From an uncultured Clostridium sp. (GTDB taxonomy: Bacteria > Bacillota_I > Bacilli_A > RF39 > UBA660): a stretch of DNA of 50,867 nt. The notes beneath the pieces are model-generated. The model made no database searches, had not been told where the DNA came from, and worked only from the letters and a program-made list of their open reading frames with translations. Of the stretch, positions 28,207 to 35,788 are shown piece by piece. How positions within the stretch are numbered: the first letter of the stretch is position 1; each line of letters opens with the position of its first letter. Made by a program: the position numbers and the translations under genes. Location: NCBI GenBank assembly GCA_964345385.1, contig CAYFQM010000001.1:630-51496 (forward strand), given 5' to 3'.

Positions 28207-28776
28207 CTATAAATTAAATGCTTTTGCTAATATTTTAGATACAACATATGTAATTACTATTATAAAAAATACTCTTATTAAAATCAAAGGATTTTTAAAA
28301 CTTTCTAATAAAGAAGTTCCTATAAAAGTACTATAATAAGTTAATACTATTTTACCAAATACTATTGATATAACATATTTTTTAAAATCTGTCTTTGATA
28401 TACCACAAATTATATTCACAACAAATGCTGGCGATAATGGAACAGATGTAAGCAGCATTAAAGTAGTAAGTGATATATTTTTAATAATTTTTTTATATTT
28501 AATATAATAATCTTTATTTAATAGTTTTTTTTCAAATTTAGAGAAAAAACCATGACTAAATATCAAATAGGATGCGATTGCACCTAAAACTGAAAAAATG
28601 TAAGTTAATAAATAACCAAGTACTGGCCCAAAATAATAATAATTAACAGTTGCTGGTACAAATAATGGAAGGAACGGAATGATTGATACTAAAAAAGTAA
28701 GCAGACATCCAATTAAACCACTAAATATATCCAAAGAATTAATAAACATTGTTATTATATCAAATATTTCTTCCAT
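28207..28776 (-). CDS. TVP38/TMEM64 (DedA-related) family membrane protein
   Basis: Polytopic 189-aa protein with the IPFLPLF...GPVLGYLLTYIFSVLGAIASYLIF pattern typical of this family. Confidence 0.65.
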   Translation of the reverse strand: MEEIFDIITMFINSLDIFSGLIGCLLTFLVSIIPFLPLFVPATVNYYYFGPVLGYLLTYIFSVLGAIASYLIFSHGFFSKFEKKLLNKDYYIKYKKIIKNISLTTLMLLTSVPLSPAFVVNIICGISKTDFKKYVISIVFGKIVLTYYSTFIGTSLLESFKNPLILIRVFFIIVITYVVSKILAKAFNL

Positions 28777-28831
28777 GAATTAATTATAATATAAATTTCA
28801 TTTTTATTCTAGTATTTAAAAAGATGAAGAA

Positions 28832-30577
28832 TTACTCTTCATCTCCAAAAAAGTCTTCAAAAAATTTGTCTTCTTTTACTTTATCATCTTCAGTTAATTT
28901 AACTGGCTCTGTTTTTAAATCAACTACTTCTTCTTTCATAGAAGAAACTGTTTCTTGCTTTTCTTTTTCTTTCTTTTCTTTTTCTTTCTTTTCTTCTTCT
29001 TCCATTTCAGCTATCTTTTTATCTAACATTTTTACATAATCATCAATATTTTGTCCACCAAATGGCGAAGAAGAATTTCCTCCCATCATACCAAATGGAG
29101 ATGGCGTAGGTCTAAAGTTTTGGTTCATTCCAAACATACCTGGATTAAATGGAGAAGAATCTTGTGGAAGTAAATTATCAACATATTTTTTAATATCAAA
29201 TACTGCAACTTCTTTATGAGGACGTTTTGTATATCCTACTGGCTCCCATTTTTTACCCCAATCTAATTTATAATCATCTATTAATTTTGTTTTAAAAGGC
29301 ATACTTCTAAAACGATTAATTATAATTTCGCCATATTTAAGATTTTGTAAATCACTTACAGTAAATAACGGTCTTATAGGCTCTGGACTTTCATCTTTCT
29401 TTGGTTTTTTAGGTTCTTTATCTCCTAATAACTTACTAATTTCTTCTAAAGCAGAAAGTTCAGTAGTCATTAAATATGCAAAGTTACCACAGTTTCCTTT
29501 AATAGTTTCTGCAACCTCTTTACCATATACTCTTGTAAGCTGAGAAAAGTTTTGAATAACAAATGAGAACCTAATATTTCTACTACGAGAAGCTGTTATC
29601 ATTGCTTCTACATCTTTAAGTGCAGGAAAGTTTGCAAATTCATCTAAAACGAAATTTGTTCTATAAGGTAATTTTAAATTTGGACAAGTTTGCGCTACTG
29701 CAATTAAAGCTTCATATGCTTGTTTAACAAAAATTGTAGCAAGAGCATGATATGTGGTTTTTTCATCATGTACTTTTAAAAACACCGCAGTTTTTTGTTT
29801 ACCTATATCTCTAATATCAAATTCACTATATGAAAGCATTTCAGATAATTGCTCTTGTGAAGAAAATATTCTAGTTTTAGTTCTAAATGTAGACATAATA
29901 CCACCCTTAGTGTCTGGTGGTGCATTAATACAAGAAGCCGCAGATATATATGCAGGAGATAACTCTCCTTTAGATTTAAAATATTCCCAAATATATAGTT
30001 TTCCTCTTCCTGGTATTTTTTCATCACCTTGTTCTGCCATCATATTAATACTATTAATATTAATCTCTTCTTCTTTAGCATCATCAAAAAGTCCAAGTGC
30101 AAGTCCTGTAAAAAAGTTAGATGCTGTATTTTCCCAGAAAGGTTCTTGTCTATTATTTGGATCTATCAAAATATTTGTAGCTAAGTCTTGTAATAATTCA
30201 TTTGCTTTATCAAATTGACCTTCTTTATATATTCTATATGGATAGCTAAATGGATTCCATGCAGCTCCATATTGTGGATCTCTAAAGTTAAGTAATATTA
30301 TTTTATATCCTTTTTCTCTTAATAAATTTCCACACCCTTCATAAAGCTCACCTTTTGGATCAGTAACTATCATACTTTCACCATGTCTTGCTAATATTCT
30401 AACTAATGGGAACATAAAACATTGTGTTTTACCACTTCCTGATGCTCCCATTATTAATGAATGGTTTTCTCCATTATCTACCCATGCACGTTTTCCATCA
30501 TTAATCATTGGGAAACCACCAGCATCATACGTATCTTCTTGCAACTTTATTTGTTTAATACCATAATCTTTTTTCAT
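28832..30577 (-). CDS. virD4: Type IV coupling protein (VirD4/TraG/TraD family), soluble form lacking N-terminal TM segments
   Basis: Walker A GASGSGKTQ, family motif TDPKGELY, Walker B FVLDEFANF, RSRNIRFSFVIQNFSQL. The C-terminus is low complexity (PF/FG-rich, then a KE repeat, then an FFEDFFGDEE tail). Confidence 0.9.
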   Translation of the reverse strand: MKKDYGIKQIKLQEDTYDAGGFPMINDGKRAWVDNGENHSLIMGASGSGKTQCFMFPLVRILARHGESMIVTDPKGELYEGCGNLLREKGYKIILLNFRDPQYGAAWNPFSYPYRIYKEGQFDKANELLQDLATNILIDPNNRQEPFWENTASNFFTGLALGLFDDAKEEEININSINMMAEQGDEKIPGRGKLYIWEYFKSKGELSPAYISAASCINAPPDTKGGIMSTFRTKTRIFSSQEQLSEMLSYSEFDIRDIGKQKTAVFLKVHDEKTTYHALATIFVKQAYEALIAVAQTCPNLKLPYRTNFVLDEFANFPALKDVEAMITASRSRNIRFSFVIQNFSQLTRVYGKEVAETIKGNCGNFAYLMTTELSALEEISKLLGDKEPKKPKKDESPEPIRPLFTVSDLQNLKYGEIIINRFRSMPFKTKLIDDYKLDWGKKWEPVGYTKRPHKEVAVFDIKKYVDNLLPQDSSPFNPGMFGMNQNFRPTPSPFGMMGGNSSSPFGGQNIDDYVKMLDKKIAEMEEEEKKEKEKKEKEKQETVSSMKEEVVDLKTEPVKLTEDDKVKEDKFFEDFFGDEE

Positions 30578-30626
30578 ATCTTTTTCAGAAAATAATTTAG
30601 TATAGCCTGTATATTTTGATTTCTTT

Positions 30627-30866
30627 TTACAAAAAGAATGATGAAGCGCTTGCTATTATTGCTACAATAGCCATTACAAAAAATAGTAGTGTTGGAAGTA
30701 TAAAATCAGCACTAAAAGCAGGAATAGGATTTAATCCATGAAAATATCCTTCTCTCGCAACTGAAGCTAAATTAAGCACTGCTATAGCAACTAAATATAA
30801 TAAAAAGATACAAAATATAATAAATATAATTATATCTTTCAACTCTCCTCTAAACTTTAATTTCAT
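30627..30866 (-). CDS. Small two-TM membrane protein, probable detached membrane anchor of the coupling protein
   Basis: Start moved to MKLKFRGEL (RBS GAGGTG). Two hydrophobic helices (IIIFIIFCIFLLYLVAIAVL and ILPTLLFFVMAIVAIIASA). The stop lies 49 nt upstream of the virD4 ATG, and the virD4 frame is open across it. Confidence 0.6.
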   Translation of the reverse strand: MKLKFRGELKDIIIFIIFCIFLLYLVAIAVLNLASVAREGYFHGLNPIPAFSADFILPTLLFFVMAIVAIIASASSFFL

Positions 30867-30934
30867 ATACCCACCTCTTTTTTTATTATACAATAATTTA
30901 CATTAATTATCTATATTTATTTATATTACTTTAT

Positions 30935-33016
30935 TTAATATAATTCTTCATCATATTCAGAAACTTCTGAATATAAATTTTCGTTAAAACCATTTTCTAT
31001 TTCATACTTAGAACAATCATATACTTTTGAAGCTGGATAAGTATCTTTTATAATAATTGGATATGGTATATTTCTTCTTGCTTTTGCTCCCCACCCCAAT
31101 TGAACAGTAGAGTTATATGCCCCATTATATCCTGTTTCACTTGTTGCATTTACATAATTTAAAGTTTCTTCAATCCAACTTAAATATGTATTTATTTGAT
31201 CTTGACTCATCGCACATCTCCAATACCCTTTTTTACCTAAACAAGTTGCTTTCCCCACTGTATTATCTTCAAAACCTGTATATGTTGAATGAAGTGTAGC
31301 AGGAGCTCTTAAAATTCTACTGCAACCTCTTGTAGGAGAACACCAATTTTGATCACAATCTCCACTTCTCATATAAAGTACATTACCATGTTTATAATTA
31401 GCATTTCTTCCAAGAGCATAGCTCATTTCTGCAACTAATTGTGCTTTATTATAATTAGGTATGTTTTTATAAAATCCTGTTTCTGCTACTGCAACTCCTA
31501 TTAAATATTCTTTTAATAATATAATATCTATTTCTTTATTATTACAGTCTCTAACTACTACTTTAATATCATTTAATGTATTATAATTATAATTATAACA
31601 ATACCTTTCTACTGTTAAAGGTTTATTAGATGACTTTCTTTTTTTACTAGTTTGTTCTTTAATTTGAAATAAACTATCATAATCATCTTTTTTATCTTTA
31701 ATTTCATATAAATTATATTCTATTTTTTTAGGAGTAACAAAAAAATCATACTTTTCTTTTTTATAATATGCAAACTTATTATACATAAAACCATATCTAT
31801 AATCATATGGTGTATATACTTTATTAGAATTCATCAAGTCTTCATAAGGAATTGTATACACTAACTTTTCTGGATTATACAAATTATTTACATTTGTTAA
31901 ATGTCTACATCTGTCATCTGAATTAATATAAGATGAATTATTATTAATTATTCTTTCATACTCATTCATATATTTATTATCTGAATATCCATATTTCATA
32001 AATATATCAAACTTTTTAAAATCAACTGTATACATTTTAGCTGTTTTTTTATAACACATATTATCTTTTTTATTAAAGTAATAATAATCAAAATTCTTTT
32101 TAAGAATCATACTTTCCATAATATCATTAACATCTTGTCTATCAATAATTCCGTTTTCAAGTATGTTTTTTAATACTTCATATGTTTGATCAGCAGATAT
32201 ATATTCTTCATCTTCTTCTTGATGTTGAAAATCATAAGCATAAAATATAGAAGACATCACTAAATTTCTATCTATACTTACTCCTTCATATTGACGTTCT
32301 AATTTTTTACTTCTCTTATCAATATAATTTAATAATCTACAAGGATCATTGTTAAAATTAACACTAAAATTAGCGTCTAAAAAATCATAAAAAATACTAG
32401 ATTGACAAGCATTTTCTTCTAAAATGGTAAACAAACCTTTTACTTTTTGTCCATCTTCTGTTTCATAATCTTCTAAATCTAAATAATTACCATTACTATC
32501 AACTATATATTCACTAGTTGACCAAAGCCCACCATCACCTTCATCTTTAATACCAAAAATACCTTTAATACCAGTAGTAAGTGAATTATAAACAAAAAAT
32601 AATGCTGTAAAAACAATAGATATAGAAAACAATACCCCAAATAAAATTAAAGTAGTTTTAATACTTGGTTTTTTTAATGTTTTATTATTTTTTGCTTTTT
32701 TAGGAAACAATGGAGGAAAAATTTTGCTTAATAAGTTCTTTTTAGAAGGTAAACTTAATTTATTATCTTTTTCTTTTGATTCTAAACCCTCTTTTTTTTG
32801 AAGATCTGATGGAGATGATTTACCCTTTTTTGTATTTAGTATATTAGAAAGATTTTTAATGTGTTTACTACCAGGAAAAAAATTAGATGCTACGTTTAAA
32901 CCTTTACCCAAAAAACTTCCACCTTTACCAATTGCAGAGGAAGTAGGATGATTAGCAACATTAGCTTGCGATGTATTTCTTACATCATTATTAATTTCTT
33001 TCTCCTTATTATTCAT
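30935..33016 (-). CDS. Bitopic T4SS-associated cell-wall protein with a C-terminal SpoIID/LytB-like (lytic transglycosylase) region
   Basis: Basic N-terminal tail and one TM (TTLILFGVLFSISIVFTALFFVY). A large ectodomain with 12 Cys. The segment LKEYLIGVAVAETGFYKNIPNYNKAQLVAEMSYAL parallels the SpoIID signature LEEYVIGVVASEMPATFKPEALKAQALAARTF, including the catalytic Glu position. It lies between virB4 and virD4, where T4SS hydrolases sit. Confidence 0.5.
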   Translation of the reverse strand: MNNKEKEINNDVRNTSQANVANHPTSSAIGKGGSFLGKGLNVASNFFPGSKHIKNLSNILNTKKGKSSPSDLQKKEGLESKEKDNKLSLPSKKNLLSKIFPPLFPKKAKNNKTLKKPSIKTTLILFGVLFSISIVFTALFFVYNSLTTGIKGIFGIKDEGDGGLWSTSEYIVDSNGNYLDLEDYETEDGQKVKGLFTILEENACQSSIFYDFLDANFSVNFNNDPCRLLNYIDKRSKKLERQYEGVSIDRNLVMSSIFYAYDFQHQEEDEEYISADQTYEVLKNILENGIIDRQDVNDIMESMILKKNFDYYYFNKKDNMCYKKTAKMYTVDFKKFDIFMKYGYSDNKYMNEYERIINNNSSYINSDDRCRHLTNVNNLYNPEKLVYTIPYEDLMNSNKVYTPYDYRYGFMYNKFAYYKKEKYDFFVTPKKIEYNLYEIKDKKDDYDSLFQIKEQTSKKRKSSNKPLTVERYCYNYNYNTLNDIKVVVRDCNNKEIDIILLKEYLIGVAVAETGFYKNIPNYNKAQLVAEMSYALGRNANYKHGNVLYMRSGDCDQNWCSPTRGCSRILRAPATLHSTYTGFEDNTVGKATCLGKKGYWRCAMSQDQINTYLSWIEETLNYVNATSETGYNGAYNSTVQLGWGAKARRNIPYPIIIKDTYPASKVYDCSKYEIENGFNENLYSEVSEYDEELY

Positions 33017-33058
33017 AATTAAATACCCTATAACATGATTAATTATAACATATTATGA

Positions 33059-33088
33059 CAAAAGAAAAAAGATACTTTAAGTATCTTT
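33059..33088 (-). terminator. Rho-independent terminator just after virB4 (the stem overlaps the stop codon)
   Basis: AAAGATACT-TAA-AGTATCTTT followed by TTTTCTTTTG on the minus strand. Confidence 0.65.
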
Positions 33089-34877
33089 ATAATCCACCAC
33101 CAGTACCAAACGATTCTAACTCTTCTTGAGTAGCTATAATGCTTATTCTCATTCTTCGGTTACCGCATGAAAACAATGCTTGTCCTTGAGAATATCTCTT
33201 AATAGAATCTTTTTCCTGTTCTGTTAAATCAATTAATTTAGATAAGTCATCAACAGCTTGTTTTTTAAGTCCCATAATCAAATAATAAGATGCATTATCA
33301 AATATAGCTTTACCATGTAACATAACATTAGGCGCTGCGAAGTCTGTTGGTTGCTGAGTAATAATTATTGTACCAGTATTATACTTTCTACTTCTTCTTT
33401 GAATTCTTGCTAAAAATTCAGCACCAAGTGTATTTTGATCAGCTAAAAGCATATGAGCTTCATCTACATATAATATAGTATTTGTTTCTCTATCTAATGT
33501 AAGACCCCATGCATATTTTAAAATGTTAAAAAATAGTGCATTTCTTATATTTGAATCAGCATTCATAACTTCTCTTATATTAAATACTATAAAATCACTA
33601 GATGGATCTATTGTAGTTTTACCATTAAAATAATATCTAAGTTCATTAGTAAATGGTCTTATTTTAATTTCTAATCTTTCCATTATATCTTTTTCTTGAG
33701 TATGCTCTGTCATAGAAAGAAGTCTTCCTTTTATAGTAGAATATACATCATCAAAAGTAGGATAATCTTGCGATTTGATTTTACTAAAATCAGTATTAAA
33801 ATCTATTTTATATCTTTTATATGTTTCTTGAACAACTTCACTAAACATAGTTAAAACATCTTCTTGTATATCAGGACTATAATACTTCATAAAAGCTTTT
33901 AATGTTTGCAAAGTACGAGTAAGTACTGCATAACCAAGTCCCTCTTTCATTTCTTCTTCATCTGCATCTAACACTACTTCAAATGGATTAATCATTCCAA
34001 AGTCTCCGCCACGACCTAAATCTATAAAATCTCCACCATAAAGCTTAGTCATTTCACCAAGTTCACCCTCAGGATCTATAGCTACTACTTTATGTCCATT
34101 TCTAATATTACTTCTTAATAATATTTTTGCACTTGTACTTTTACCACTTCCTGATGTTCCAAGTATAATTAAGTTAGCATTATTTCTATTAAATTCTTTT
34201 TTTATTTGATATAAGAATTGATTAAATAAAATTACTCCACCAGAATAATCTACTCCAAGTAAACAAGAAAGCCCTGGATCTTTAATACTATCAAAAACAA
34301 AAGGATACATTGCCGCTATAGTAGGAGATGGAATAGGAGTTCCTATTCTATTTTCTATATCGTTTTTATTAAATATTGGAAGCATACTTTTAAATATTTT
34401 TTCCATTTCAAATCTAAGTACTATTCCCTTCATACCCATCGCGTCTAAATAGTTTTTAACTTCCAATTTTTTATGTTCCAATTCCTCGTTTGAATCCGCA
34501 GTAACTAAAACATGCATTTGAAAATCAAATATTTTTGATTGAGTAGATGTTAACATAGAAATAAAATCTTCTAAACTAGAATAATCTTGCCTTATTTGTT
34601 CTTGAATTGTTTTATCATTTTCATCTGCATATTTTGATTTTAAATCTGCTAATTCTTTATTTAACATTTTAGATAATACAGAAAAAGATATTGGTATATG
34701 TTTAATACATATCTTAATTCCACCAAGTTGAGTTAAGTTTGCTAAATAACCTTCAGAAATAGCTTTAGGATAACTAACAATAGTTAATATAGTACAGTGT
34801 TTACCACTAATAATAAACTTATCACTTTTAAATTCTAACCCTTTAGGTGCTATTTCACTTTTAAATGTTACTCTCAT
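33087..34877 (-). CDS. virB4: T4SS ATPase VirB4 (TraE/ConE/PrgJ type)
   Basis: Walker A LGTSGSGKST, Walker B ILYVDEAHMLL, TGTIIITQQPTDF. The N-terminal domain has the typical IAPKGLEF...ISGKHCTILTIVSYP start. Confidence 0.9.
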   Translation of the reverse strand: MRVTFKSEIAPKGLEFKSDKFIISGKHCTILTIVSYPKAISEGYLANLTQLGGIKICIKHIPISFSVLSKMLNKELADLKSKYADENDKTIQEQIRQDYSSLEDFISMLTSTQSKIFDFQMHVLVTADSNEELEHKKLEVKNYLDAMGMKGIVLRFEMEKIFKSMLPIFNKNDIENRIGTPIPSPTIAAMYPFVFDSIKDPGLSCLLGVDYSGGVILFNQFLYQIKKEFNRNNANLIILGTSGSGKSTSAKILLRSNIRNGHKVVAIDPEGELGEMTKLYGGDFIDLGRGGDFGMINPFEVVLDADEEEMKEGLGYAVLTRTLQTLKAFMKYYSPDIQEDVLTMFSEVVQETYKRYKIDFNTDFSKIKSQDYPTFDDVYSTIKGRLLSMTEHTQEKDIMERLEIKIRPFTNELRYYFNGKTTIDPSSDFIVFNIREVMNADSNIRNALFFNILKYAWGLTLDRETNTILYVDEAHMLLADQNTLGAEFLARIQRRSRKYNTGTIIITQQPTDFAAPNVMLHGKAIFDNASYYLIMGLKKQAVDDLSKLIDLTEQEKDSIKRYSQGQALFSCGNRRMRISIIATQEELESFGTGGGL

Positions 34878-35452
34878 TTTAATATCACCGTCCCAAACCT
34901 AGTGGTATCCCCACTATTTAAAAAACCATCTAATAAAGTTCTTAAATCATCATTACTTGCTTTTGCTGACTGAAGTCCTGCAGAAGCAAGACCTGATATA
35001 AGACCTTGTACTTTCTTTTGAATTAATTCAGGTCGTTTTTCTTTAAATAATATAAAATACTCAGTATCTGTTACACTTACTTCTTTACTCATAAATAATG
35101 ATGCTTTTGCTATATCTTCTTTAACAAGTTTTCTAAGCGCAGGAGTTTGTACTTGATTAAATAATAATTTTAATTGAGATACATATACATTTATATCAAC
35201 AGGTCTATCAGATACAATTAACCAAAATTCATAATCTATTGTATTATAAAAATTCGTTAAATTAAAGATTGTGTTATTTTGTGAATCATCATCAAGAATA
35301 AAAATATTTCTTGGTCTTACCTTAACCCCAGTCACTCTATAACCATTATTCAAAATTAATTCACCATTTTGTAGTCCCCTTACAGGAACCCAATTTTCTG
35401 CATATTTTTGTGCTTTTACATCCACATTACTTTTTCTTCGTTTCTGGCTCAT
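34874..35452 (-). CDS. T4SS-associated 192-aa protein of unknown function, translationally coupled to virB4
   Basis: ATGA overlap with virB4. No TM and no NTP-binding motif. The pattern VPVRGLQNGELILNNGYRVTGVKVRPRNIFIL resembles the start of a VirB4 N-domain. An alternative GTG start at 35425 would remove the 26-nt overlap with the upstream ORF. Confidence 0.55.
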   Translation of the reverse strand: MSQKRRKSNVDVKAQKYAENWVPVRGLQNGELILNNGYRVTGVKVRPRNIFILDDDSQNNTIFNLTNFYNTIDYEFWLIVSDRPVDINVYVSQLKLLFNQVQTPALRKLVKEDIAKASLFMSKEVSVTDTEYFILFKEKRPELIQKKVQGLISGLASAGLQSAKASNDDLRTLLDGFLNSGDTTRFGTVILK

Positions 35453-35750
35453 ACCAATAACACCATCCTCTCCATATATATTTATTTTGACTTGTCAAAA
35501 AAATATATAATTCTTTAAAAAATACTCTTCCATTATGATAATAAGCAACAGGAAAAACTAATATACTTGCAATTGCAGCAGGTAATATTTTCAAAGCTAA
35601 TTCCCATATACCTTCTCCTGGTATAGCAACTAAAAAGATAAATGATGAAAAAACCCCAATAGATAATATAATTAAATCTATAGGTTCAAATAAATTAAAT
35701 ATCAATTGTCCTTTTTTACTATTTGCAGGTATTATATACATACTCTTCAC
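35427..35750 (-). CDS. PrgI/VirB3-like small two-TM T4SS membrane protein
   Basis: 107 aa, two TM helices (IDLIILSIGVFSSFIFLVAI and ALKILPAAIASILVFPVAYY), N-terminus YIIPANSKKGQLIFNLFEP like PrgI-family proteins. Position just upstream of virB4 is as in Gram-positive T4SSs. Confidence 0.5.
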   Translation of the reverse strand: MKSMYIIPANSKKGQLIFNLFEPIDLIILSIGVFSSFIFLVAIPGEGIWELALKILPAAIASILVFPVAYYHNGRVFFKELYIFLTSQNKYIWRGWCYWYEPETKKK

Positions 35751-35788
35751 CCTTTCATTCTTTTATTTATTTAAGATTCTTTATCAAA

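Noticed and set aside
28940-29015. Short tandem GAAAAA/GAAAGA-type DNA repeats (ttctttttctttcttttctttttctttc), considered as a possible repeat array.
   Set aside because: They lie in frame inside the virD4 3' end and encode the EEEEKKEKEKKEKEK low-complexity stretch. There are no spacer-repeat units or CRISPR-like periodicity. No CRISPR array was seen anywhere in the window.
29803-30027. 74-aa minus-strand ORF nested in virD4.
   Set aside because: It is an alternative frame inside a coupling-protein gene whose main frame carries all the conserved T4CP motifs. There is no independent support.
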